A DNA stretch of 64,000 nt from Candidatus Iainarchaeum sp. GTDB lineage: Archaea > Iainarchaeota > Iainarchaeia > Iainarchaeales > JAAZKV01. How positions within the stretch are numbered: the stretch's first letter is position 1; every line of letters starts with the position of its first letter. Both the position numbers and the translations under genes were made by a program. Location of the stretch: positions 32,001 to 96,000 of the forward strand of contig JAPLVR010000003.1 of the NCBI GenBank assembly GCA_026397015.1. The letters run 5' to 3'. Of this stretch, positions 39,542 through 49,200 are shown piece after piece. The notes under the pieces are model-generated. The model was not told the origin of the DNA and searched no databases. It worked only from the letters and a program-made list of their open reading frames with translations.

Positions 39542-40506
39542 TTATTTCCTTTGCCCGTAATACTCATTAAACCAGCAAATAAATTTTTCTATCCCTTCCT
39601 CAATCGAGGTTTTTGGCGCGTAGCCGAGAAGCCTTTGCGCTTTTGAAATGTCGGCAAAGGTTTTTGGAACGTCCCGGGCTGCATCGGAAGCATTTTCTTC
39701 TCCGCTTTCCTTCCAATATTTTTTTCGATGATTGAAATGAAATCCGTCAGCCTTCTTGATTCTCCGCGGCCGAGGTTGAACACTTCGCACCTGAAGGGCT
39801 TGTCAACCGAAGCGACGACGCCTGAAATAATGTTATCAATGTAAGTGAAGTCGCGTTCCATGTTTCCGTTGTTATAAACCTCAATCGGCTTCCCATTCTT
39901 TGCGCTGCTGGCGAATTTGAAAAGCGCCATGTCCGGCCTTCCCCACGGGCCGTAAACGGTGAAAAAGCGCAAACCGGTGCAGTTGAGCCCGAAAAGGCGG
40001 GAATAAGCGTGTGCCATCAATTCGTTTGATTTTTTTGACGCGGCATAAAGGGAAATCGGCGTATCTGTAAAATCGCTTTCCGAGAATGGGATTTTTTTGT
40101 TGGCGCCGTAGACGCTTGATGATGACGCATAAACCAAATTCTTGGCGCCGAAGTTGCGGCAGCATTCCAAAATTGTGAGAAACCCTTTTATGTTTGCATC
40201 TTCATAAACCATTGGCTTTTCAATCGAATAGCGGACTCCCGCCTGCGCCGCAAGATTTACGGCGCAATCAAATTTTTGCTTCTTGAAAATTTTTTCCATT
40301 TTTTTCTGATTCGAAATGTCGCAGACTATTTCCGAAAAATTTCTGGATTTTTTGAGGATTTTTGCCCTGTCTTTTTTTATTTTCACATCATAATAGGGCG
40401 AATAGTTGTCGATGCCGGTTATTTCATCGCCGCGTTCAAGAAGGGCTTTGCATAAATGAAACCCGATAAAACCGGCTGAACCGGTTACAAGAATCTTCAT
40501 TTTCAC
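39542..40506 (-). pseudogene. UDP-glucuronate 4-epimerase-like SDR with a 1-nt frameshift near the 3' end (or sequencing error)
   Basis: VTGSAGFIG, LAAQAGVRYS, YAASKK, RFFTVYGPWGRPDMA. The conserved MQPG|[10 protein letters not shown]...WF tail continues in another frame, with one G missing at ~39673-39675. Confidence 0.85.
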
Positions 40507-40624
40507 TCACCAAAAAATTTTTCGAACAAACCGCGAAAAGTTTATTTAAAAAAATGGTTGCGAAATGCTTTAATATTCCAATATGTTAATAGTATTGCTG
40601 CGATGTCAGCCGGAAGACGGTATT

Positions 40625-40825
40625 ATGAGCGCGAACGAAACCCCTGAAGAAGTTAGAGATGAGATGAACAGAATACTTGTGAACCTGCAGGACAAAATCG
40701 ACGAGATTAACAGGCTAACTAGGGAATTGAAGAAAAAAAGGAAAGAATTTGACGGCATTTCGCCCTCAAGAACCGAGAAAATCCTTGAAGAGATAAAGGT
40801 GCCCGCCCTCGAACTGTTGAAATAA
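40625..40825 (+). CDS. Small coiled-coil hypothetical protein
   Basis: Heptad-like LQDKIDEINRLTRELKK. Follows a TTTAATAT box and lies upstream of the DUF192 gene. Confidence 0.6.
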   Translation: MSANETPEEVRDEMNRILVNLQDKIDEINRLTRELKKKRKEFDGISPSRTEKILEEIKVPALELLK

Positions 40826-40867
40826 CGCTGCCAAACCTTAATTTTACTTTTTTATGAGGGTGTTTTT

Positions 40868-41209
40868 TTGTTAAAGAGCAATGGGAAACAAATAATGAAA
40901 AATGTAAGGACGGCGAAAACCTCCTTCGAGAGGACGAAGGGATTGATGTTTGAGGAAACCAGGAAATTCAATTATGCCCTCGTACTGGAGATGCCGAAGG
41001 AAGCAAGAATTGAAAGCTCAATTCATATGATATTCGTTTTTTTCCCAATAGATGTGCTCTTTTTGAACAAGGAAAAAGAAGTGGTGGATAAAGCGACTGT
41101 CCAGCCATTCTCGCCGAACTACACCCCTAAAAAACCCTCAAAATATGTTGTGGAACTGCCGGCTGGAAGGGCCAAGGGAATAAGGTTTGGGAGCAAAATC
41201 AGCTGGTAA
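40868..41209 (+). CDS. DUF192 family protein
   Basis: RTKGLMF, IHMIFVFFPIDVLFL, YVVELPAG. Confidence 0.9.
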   Translation: MLKSNGKQIMKNVRTAKTSFERTKGLMFEETRKFNYALVLEMPKEARIESSIHMIFVFFPIDVLFLNKEKEVVDKATVQPFSPNYTPKKPSKYVVELPAGRAKGIRFGSKISW

Positions 41210-41286
41210 ATTCGGCACATGACAGCGACAAATAACCCAATAAAACCGCAAGCAAAGCAGGGAAATTCTGAGGGCTACAGAGTTTT

Positions 41287-41390
41287 AAAAAAAAAGAGGA
41301 AATAGAAAGCGAGAAATCAGGTTGCTTTCCATTCCTCCTTTGCCTCTTTGCCTTCTACCTAGAGAAATCGGGGTGATAACCCGAAACTAG
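41287..41390 (-). ncRNA. Candidate structured ncRNA (two hairpins, TATA upstream, T9 downstream)
   Basis: On the minus strand: TTTTTATAGG at 41412-41403, hairpin CTAG..TCGGG/CCCGA..CTAG, a purine linker, hairpin GAGGAA.GAAAGC/GCTTTC.TTCCTC, then T9. Confidence 0.35.
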
Positions 41391-41547
41391 TTAGTCAAAA
41401 CACCTATAAAAATTTGTCAGGTTTGAAAACCAAACCACCCACCTTGTTTTTGGCTTAACCGCCAATTATTCCACAAAAAACGCCCCCATTACCACAATCG
41501 ACGAAGTTTTAGGAGTTTTTTTAAAAGGAGGAAAAAAAAGCTATTTT

Positions 41548-42969
41548 ATGCTAAGGGAAGATAGCGCGCTTAAAGGGGCTGATTTTGAGTCAAAAAAAAT
41601 CGAATATTCGAAGAAGATTAGTGAGTGCTACAGCGGGGAAATAGTTTCACGCAGGGACGAACTTTTTCTCCTATTGAACCTTCCTGAAATGAGTGAAAAG
41701 GAAAAAAATTTGTCCGGAAAAATCCTTGAAGAATTGAAACAATCCAGCGCAAAAATAGAATCAAAAAAGGACGTTTATTTTTTTCTAAAAAACTATTGCA
41801 TGGAAAATCTCATCCTCCTCAATAGGACGCAAAGGGAAAAAATAATTCTTCTGCTGGAATGGGAATCGCTCGGGCAAAGCATACTGACCCCTCTGCTAAG
41901 GGACCCGGATTTTGAGGAAATAATAATCAACGGGCCGAATAAGGAAGTGATGGTTTATCATTCCACATTCGGGTGGCTTAAAACAAATGTTCTTTTCGGG
42001 TCTGAGGAAAAGATAAAGAGCATCGTGAATAAGATGGCGGCACCGCTCGGAAGGCAGCTTAGTTTTCATACGCCGATGGTGAATGCGGTTTTGGCAGACG
42101 GTTCAAGGCTGAATGCCTCAATTTATCCGATTGCGTTCACGGGAATAAACGTGACAATAAGAAAATTCAAGGAAAATCCGTTGACGCCGCTGAATATAAT
42201 AAATTCTGAAACAATAAGCCGCGATGCGATGGCTTTTTTATGGTTGGCGATGCAAACCTCATCCTCGATTCTCATTTGCGGGAACACCGGTTCGGGAAAA
42301 ACAACGACCCTTAATTCTCTTTTCTGTTTTCTTCCGCCGAAGGAGAGAATAATAATTGTGGAAGAAACGCCGGAGCTGGCGCCGCCCCAGCACCACTTAA
42401 TAAAAATGAATACCGCGGAAAAACTGAAAATCGGTTTGGAGAAACTGATTGAAAACACTTTCAGGATGCGGCCGGACAGAGTAATTGTGGGCGAGATAAG
42501 GGGGCGGGAGGAAGCGAAAGCTTTTATCGACACGATGCTTGCCGGACAGGCAAGGGGAAGCTACTGCACCTTTCACGCCGAGAGCGCGAAAGAAGCGATT
42601 GAAAGGCTGCTTTCATTCGGCATAGAGGAAAGGGCGCTGGCTTCCCTTGATTTGATAATTGTGCAAAAAAGGCAGGAAAAAATAGGAAAAAACGGGGCAA
42701 GGAAAGAGGAAAGAAAAGTTACGGAAATAAGCGAGGTTGCAATCGGAGAAACAGGAACACAGCTTAACACCCTTTACTCTTTTTCCTATGAAAAAAACCG
42801 GCTTGAAAAGAAAAACGATTCAAAAAGGGTTTTAGAAAAAATAAAACGCACGTTTTCAACAAGCGAAAGTGGAGTGAAAAAACTGCTAAAAGAAAAAGAA
42901 AGGCTCCTGAAAAATCTGCATCCTGAAACGCCCTTTAAGGAATTTTTTGAAATAATTGGAAGGGAATGA
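41548..42969 (+). CDS. CpaF/TadA (VirB11-like) type IV pilus assembly ATPase
   Basis: Walker A GNTGSGKTT, RMRPDRVIVGEIRG (Walker B), TFHAES. Confidence 0.95.
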   Translation: MLREDSALKGADFESKKIEYSKKISECYSGEIVSRRDELFLLLNLPEMSEKEKNLSGKILEELKQSSAKIESKKDVYFFLKNYCMENLILLNRTQREKIILLLEWESLGQSILTPLLRDPDFEEIIINGPNKEVMVYHSTFGWLKTNVLFGSEEKIKSIVNKMAAPLGRQLSFHTPMVNAVLADGSRLNASIYPIAFTGINVTIRKFKENPLTPLNIINSETISRDAMAFLWLAMQTSSSILICGNTGSGKTTTLNSLFCFLPPKERIIIVEETPELAPPQHHLIKMNTAEKLKIGLEKLIENTFRMRPDRVIVGEIRGREEAKAFIDTMLAGQARGSYCTFHAESAKEAIERLLSFGIEERALASLDLIIVQKRQEKIGKNGARKEERKVTEISEVAIGETGTQLNTLYSFSYEKNRLEKKNDSKRVLEKIKRTFSTSESGVKKLLKEKERLLKNLHPETPFKEFFEIIGRE

Positions 42970-42983
42970 AAAATTGAAAAGGA

Positions 42984-43802
42984 ATGAGAAAAATGAAATC
43001 TCCTTTGGAAAAAATATTGAAAAAAAATGCGGCGATGAGAGAAAGGGAGCTGGAAGCGCACAAATCGCGGAGCATGCGGCTCAGCATTTTCATCAGCCTG
43101 TTTATATGGCTCATAATAGGCGTGGTTGAAAAAAATATTCTAAAATCCGGAGCAATCGCGCTGATTGCCGCAATCTTGCTGTTTGCAACATTTCTCTCTC
43201 TTCCTGTTTTGAAGAAAAGGGCGCACGCAAAAAAAGTCGAGGCAGAACTTCCCCTTTTTCTCCTTCAACTCTCAACCGAAATAAAAATAGGAAAAAGCTT
43301 TCTGGAAGCGCTCAAGGACTGCACGGCACAAAACCTGAATGAGAAAAGAACGAGAAAAAATCTCTGCGTTGCGGATGAATTCGGAAAAGTTGTCGCAGAC
43401 ACGGAAAAGGGAGCAACATTCCAGGAAGCATTGAACAATATGAACAACAGGATGGAATCGCTTACGATAAGGCGGGCGTGCAGCAGCCTTTCAAACCTTC
43501 ACCTGCAGGGAAAAAAGGATGTTGATGGATTGAAAAAGCTCGCGCAGGAACTCCTGTTGAAGCAAAAAATCGAGAGCCGCGAATTTTCAAGCAAAATGGT
43601 TGTTTACGCGCTGGTTTTTGTGGCGGTTTCGGCGATTGTGCCGGCGATGTTCCAAAGCTTCATACTTATCGGAAGTTATTTCATGAAAATTTCCTTCACC
43701 CCCGAACAGGTTTTTGCAATAATTGTGGTTTTTTTCCCTGCGGTCGACATTGCAATACTTTCAATAATAAACTCAAAGACGCCCGCATTTCTTCGACAAT
43801 AA
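42984..43802 (+). CDS. Type II secretion system F (TadB-like) platform protein
   Basis: EAELPLFL, GKSFLEAL, EF..V..D...GATFQEAL, TM helices, directly after the ATPase. Confidence 0.88.
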   Translation: MRKMKSPLEKILKKNAAMRERELEAHKSRSMRLSIFISLFIWLIIGVVEKNILKSGAIALIAAILLFATFLSLPVLKKRAHAKKVEAELPLFLLQLSTEIKIGKSFLEALKDCTAQNLNEKRTRKNLCVADEFGKVVADTEKGATFQEALNNMNNRMESLTIRRACSSLSNLHLQGKKDVDGLKKLAQELLLKQKIESREFSSKMVVYALVFVAVSAIVPAMFQSFILIGSYFMKISFTPEQVFAIIVVFFPAVDIAILSIINSKTPAFLRQ

Positions 43803-43833
43803 TTCCGAGACTCAAAAAGTCTGAGGCTTAAAA

Positions 43834-44766
43834 ATGGACGCGAATGTTTTTTTCAAACGGGCGATTTTATTTTTCTTCGAAAAAAACAGGGTTAAAAATT
43901 TTGAAGAAAAACTTTTCATGAATAATTCAAAAATGAAAAGCCTCACGGGATTTATCGAATACTCTTTGGTTGAAGGAATATTCCTGATGATTGCGGCGAT
44001 GGCGCTGGGCGCAAAATTTTTCGGCACAGCGAGCATTGCGCTCGGCCCATTTGCTTTTTTTCTGCCATTTGCTTTGAACTACCTGTTTCAGGACATAAAA
44101 TTTGAAAAAAGAAAACTTGCGAAGGAAAAGCTGCTTCCTGATTTGCTGCTGGAGGCGAGCGTCTTCTGCGACGAAACATCCTTTATTGGAACAATAAAAC
44201 GCCTTGCAAAACAGGATTTTCCGCTGCTAAGAGAAGATTTTGAACGCGCGGCAGCGGAAATATCCAACGGGGCGAGCGCCGAAGAAGCGCTTGAAAGAAT
44301 GAAGGCGCTTAACAAGAGCGAAGCATATTCAAGAGTGATAGGGCTTTTGCTGCAAGGGTACCATAGCGGAGCAGAAATGTCAAAAATTTTCAAGGAAACG
44401 GCAGAGGACCTGCTTGAAACGCACGCGATACTGCGCGAACGCCAGGCTGTGATGCTGGTAAACAAGTACACGCTCATACTCGCTTCAGGAATAATTGTCC
44501 CCGCTGTAATCGGTTTGATTGTCGGGCTCGTTTCAGGATTGAATTTTGATTCCATGGGCGAACTGAGCCTCGGGCTCTCGATTGAAACCAGGAAAAAAAT
44601 GCTCTCATTCGCGACGCTCGGGACAACAATTTACCTCGGCGAATATGCCCTGCTGAGCTCTTTTTTCCTGGCGCTTCAGGAGGGAAACAAAAAACAGTTC
44701 TGGGTTTATGCGCTCATACTTTTGCCGACAGCGCTGGGAGTCTTTTATTTTGCAAAAGGCTTGTGA
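43834..44766 (+). CDS. Type II secretion system F (TadC-like) platform protein
   Basis: EKLLPDLL, EISNGASAEEAL, GYHSGAEMS and C-terminal TMs. Confidence 0.88.
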   Translation: MDANVFFKRAILFFFEKNRVKNFEEKLFMNNSKMKSLTGFIEYSLVEGIFLMIAAMALGAKFFGTASIALGPFAFFLPFALNYLFQDIKFEKRKLAKEKLLPDLLLEASVFCDETSFIGTIKRLAKQDFPLLREDFERAAAEISNGASAEEALERMKALNKSEAYSRVIGLLLQGYHSGAEMSKIFKETAEDLLETHAILRERQAVMLVNKYTLILASGIIVPAVIGLIVGLVSGLNFDSMGELSLGLSIETRKKMLSFATLGTTIYLGEYALLSSFFLALQEGNKKQFWVYALILLPTALGVFYFAKGL

Positions 44767-44882
44767 AATACCCTTGTGAAATGATAAAACTCGCTGTCGG
44801 TGCTGTCGCCACCACCGCCGCCGCAAAAGATTTATTAAGAACCTAAATCATTCTAATATTGCAAAAAATCTGGGTGAAAAAA

Positions 44883-45638
44883 TTGAAGGCAAAAAAAAAT
44901 CTTTGCGGCTGCAATTGCGGCGAAAGAGCTGAGTTTGTTGAAACGAAAAATGTTTCGCTGAAAGGGTACACACTGCTCGAAGGTTTCCCTGGGCTCGGGC
45001 TCGCTGGAACGATAGGCGCGAAATATATCGTGGAAAAATTAAAATTTGAGCAAATAGGCTACGTCGATTCAAATCATTTTGCGCCTGTAGTAAGGATAGA
45101 GTCGGGCGTGCCGATGCACCCCGTTAGAATTTATGCAAGCAAAAAAAATAAGCTGGTGGTAATCCTTTCAGAACAGATAATTCAAAAAGAGATGATGGCG
45201 CCGATTGCAAGGGCGCTTGTCGAGTGGATAAAAAACAAGGGAATAAAAAGAGTAATTTCAACTTCCGGAATAAAAACTGAAGAGCCGACAAAAGTTTATG
45301 CGTTTGCAAGCAACGAAGCGTCAAAAAAAACCATAAAAAAAGGCGAGATAAAAATAATAAAAAACGGGATAACTTCGGGCGTCACGGCGCTGATAATGCT
45401 TTACCTGAAAGACAACAACATTGACGCTTTCTGCATTCTCGGCAACACAAAAACCAGCACGGATTACAACGCGGCGGTCGAACTGATAAAAACAATAAGC
45501 AAATTAACAAATTTGAAAATAGATGTTGAACCGCTGTCGAGGGAAGCGAAAGTTGTAAGGGAGTCGCTTGTTGAGCACATCAAAATGGCCGAGGAAAAAT
45601 CGGGCTCTGGCGACGACCAGGCGCCGATGTACATTTAA
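44883..45638 (+). CDS. PAC2-family proteasome assembly chaperone
   Basis: EGFPGLGLAGTIG, HPVRIY, GITSGVTAL, IDVEPL, C-terminal PMYI. Confidence 0.9.
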   Translation: MKAKKNLCGCNCGERAEFVETKNVSLKGYTLLEGFPGLGLAGTIGAKYIVEKLKFEQIGYVDSNHFAPVVRIESGVPMHPVRIYASKKNKLVVILSEQIIQKEMMAPIARALVEWIKNKGIKRVISTSGIKTEEPTKVYAFASNEASKKTIKKGEIKIIKNGITSGVTALIMLYLKDNNIDAFCILGNTKTSTDYNAAVELIKTISKLTNLKIDVEPLSREAKVVRESLVEHIKMAEEKSGSGDDQAPMYI

Positions 45639-45774
45639 CCTTTAATCAAACCTGAGTTTTTGAAATTGAACCGCCTTTATTCGACGAAAAATTAAAAAAA
45701 CAATTGCTGCGTTCGCCGTATGCATTTCTTCTTACCGAAAAGTTTATTTAGCCAAAAGCACTTCCATGTAGCAA

Positions 45775-46203
45775 ATGAAGCCGAAAGTATATTGGGCTGT
45801 TGCGCTAATAGTGCTGGTGCTGTTTGCCTTATTTAATTTTTTGAACGCAGAGACAAATATACCCATCGACGAATTGGTATTATTAAGCTATATCGAACTA
45901 ATAATTCTTGTAATTGGCATTGCCCTTTTTTCTTTGAAAAATAAGTTTGGATTTTACTTGGCTTTACTTTTTGTAGCATGCCACATAACTGTTACTGCTT
46001 TTGCTTTGACAACATTCTTTTTTAACCTTCCAGACATTTTGGGGGTTGTACAACTGTATCATTCAGGCCCAGTTTCAGAATGGATTTTTTCTACTCTTGC
46101 GCCGCTTGTTTCCTTGAACATAGGAGGTAGCATAATCCTGCTCGTGACCACATTAAAGAGCAAATCTGTTTTTGGTATAAAAAAGATTCTCCATTTTAAA
46201 TAA
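45775..46203 (+). CDS. Hypothetical 4-TM membrane protein
   Basis: Four hydrophobic segments and its own TTTATTTA promoter. Confidence 0.7.
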   Translation: MKPKVYWAVALIVLVLFALFNFLNAETNIPIDELVLLSYIELIILVIGIALFSLKNKFGFYLALLFVACHITVTAFALTTFFFNLPDILGVVQLYHSGPVSEWIFSTLAPLVSLNIGGSIILLVTTLKSKSVFGIKKILHFK

Positions 46204-46293
46204 ACAAACCAAAAAAACTTACAAATCCAAAAAAATTTTAGACATTACAAAAGAAGCCATTTTCACTAACTAAAATTTGGAAACTGCAATTAA

Positions 46294-49200
46294 TTAGACT
46301 TTTCTGTATTTTTTTGTTCTTCTGCCGGCGCCGGCCTTTCTCGTGAATATGAACGAAACCAGCAGGAATACTGAAACGAAAATTATTAGGCCTGCCGCCG
46401 TTCCCGGAACGGAAGGAATATTCATTCCGGAACCCGTTGAAGAGCCGACATTGAATGTCATCGGGTTCTTTCCCTCTCCTGTTATTTTTCCGTCTGTTCC
46501 GCTGAAATAAACTCCGTTGTCCTTGAAACCCTGATTTAGAGGAATTATGTTTCCATTTTCAGGGTACCACTTGCCCGTATTTGGGTCATACCAAAATGAG
46601 CCGTTTGTGCCCTGGGCTGAGAGCAGAGTTTCCGGAGTGCCGTTGTTGTAAGTTAACTTCGGAACGCCATTCTCGGCATCGAATTTCAAAGTATGGCTTT
46701 TTCCGTCAACAGTATCAAACACGAGCGTTCCATCATCCAGTTGTTTTATGCCATCAACGCCGCCGACGATTTCGGAATCCTCAAGGATTTTTCCTGTTGC
46801 CTTATCCCTTCTCCTGAAATAATCTTTACATTCGCCGGACACCGGGTCAACCTTTGAGTAGAATTCGTAAATGTATTTGTCGGTAGTGAATTGTGTGAAA
46901 GGGCCGAGTTTGTCCATTGATAGGTTGAAGTTGCTTACTTTCATCTGGCCCAAATCGTCGTTAGGGTAAGCCAGCGCTTTAAAATCTATTGCGGGAACAG
47001 GGCATTGCGTTTCCGGGTCGATGACCGATGTTTTCGTTGCTGTCAACCCCGCAACGTCTTTTGAATCAAGAACAGAGTCCTTGTGCTGTCTCAGCCAAAC
47101 AATCAGCTCGTTTGTTTCAGGCTTCAGGACAATTACTCCGTGTTCGAAATTCATTGAAACGAATTTTCCAATCTGGCTTAATTGTCCGTTGGTAGAAAGT
47201 TTTGTCTGCCAAAATCCGTCTATCAAAATTTTTGAATCGGAGCCCTGTGCTGCTTGTCTCGGCGCCAATCCTTCAAGGCTAATCTGCCCGTTTTCTATAA
47301 AAATTCCGCTGTAGTCAGCGGTTTTCAAACTCTCAAGTTTTCCGAACACCTGCGTGAGCTCGTCGCCCGAAAAAGGGATTCCAACCTGTTCCTCGACAGC
47401 TTTTTGGATACAGCTAAGCACATCCGCATAAGTTACTTTCACTTCGCCGTTTATATTTATTTCAAATACTATGGCATCCGTTTCTGGCGCGCCGACTCTT
47501 GTAACGGTTTTTGGCACGACGATTCCAGGAATCCTGGCGTCGGGCGGATTTGTGGCAAGCCTTACATTATCCGCCTTTGTTGAGGGAACAATAACTTTTC
47601 CGTTGTATGTTATTTCCCCTGTTTTGTTGTCGATTCCCACTGCATTGTTCCCATCAGTATAAACCAGTTTTCCTTCAGTCGGGTACCCTGCAGCCATCGT
47701 AAAATCTTTATACCAAATGTAAAATACGTCCTTCCCAAGAAGGCTTCCCTTGTTCGGCGGAGCAAGCAGCATGGACGCCTGCAACAGGTTTGCCTTTTTC
47801 GCCTGTTCGGAAAAGTTTGCAAACTGGTTTTTCAGCTTGTCCATCGCCTGTGAAACAAGATTTCCGCCCGATGCAGCATCGGTTGATTTTTTTGAAACGG
47901 CGTCGTTAATATTTTCGGCAAATTTTGAAACTGTATCCGTAAGTGTTTCATTTGAAATGAGTTCTTTTGTTTTTCCGGCAACATATTTTTCTGTTGGCGG
48001 CATATAAAAATGAATGTAGTACCCTTCGGCATCGTCTACGCAGTCTTTCAATTTTGGCGCTAACGCCAGCTGCTGAATTCCCGACATTAAAAGCCCGGCG
48101 CCGGGATGTATGAAGTATGCAAGATTTTCCGCGCCCGCAAGAACCCCGCCCGAAGCAGTGCCAAACATCCCCAAATTCGCCCAGCCGATTCCGATTTCCC
48201 TCAATTTTTGGTCGCAGGTTTCGCTCTTTGTCCTGCCGTCAACCAAATTTATCTGACCGCCTTCTATATCTCCGCTCTGCCCTTTTATGTTTGAGTGATG
48301 GGTGTATGCAACTATGGTTGAACCGTCCTTTGATTTTTGTTCCGAATCAACAGCTTCAACCAAAAATGCCTGTAATTTTTCAGGCGCCCTAAAGCCGCCG
48401 AACATCAAATAATCACCTTCGGACTGCATGTTTGAGACACAATCGACGCAGTTCTCGTTGTGGGAGAAGAAAGCGAGGTCCTTTACTGAGTCGCGCATTA
48501 TTGCGTTCTTGCCGAACAAACTGGCGCCAAGCCCGCCTTCACCGGAGATGGACGAAACTATTTGGCTTGTCGTCTTGTTATTTGCGGCAAGCTTATCAAC
48601 AGCCATGCTCTTCCAAGGCAGCCAGTTTATTACTTTTGCAAACATATCCCCCTGGTCGGAGCCTTCATTCGCGAAAAAGTCGATGAACGAATCCCTATAA
48701 ATTTTATCTACTCCCTGAACAATATCCATTTTTGTCCATGTGTCGGGAAGCATGTATGCTGAAATATCTTCGTACCCGAAACCGCGTTTCGCATTCCAAT
48801 AAACTATGGGAAGCAGCGTTCCCTTATAGAGCCCTCCCGTGAGAGGCTGTGTGAAATATTCTGTCAGCATGTTTTCCTGCGCGGCAAATTGTTTGTCCAG
48901 CCAGCTCGCGGACCTGCGCGGCTTGAAATTCTTTTCCGCCATCGCGTTCATAAGCTCCTTCATGTTGTTTTCCGCTGCGTTGTAACGCTTCATCATTCTG
49001 CCTTGCGCAATACTGTTTGCGAATTGTTCAGGCGTGAGCTTCTGAGCCGGCACATATCCAGCGCCATAAACCGTAATTGAAGGGGGAAGCTGCGGATTGG
49101 TTGCAAGAGTTTTAAGTGAATCTTCGGTCAGTGGGTATAATGTCCCATCATTTAGTCTTATTGCGGTTTGATTTGCACCCTGTGTTTTGACCCATCTTTC

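Noticed and set aside
42960-43000. Short duplications at gene junctions (also 44760-44782, 29994-30021, 37683-37706)
   Set aside because: These are 10-18 bp AT-rich repeats, too weak individually to separate from slippage noise.
44883-44925. CGCNCG at the PAC2 N-terminus as a metal site
   Set aside because: The start codon is uncertain and conservation cannot be assessed from one sequence.
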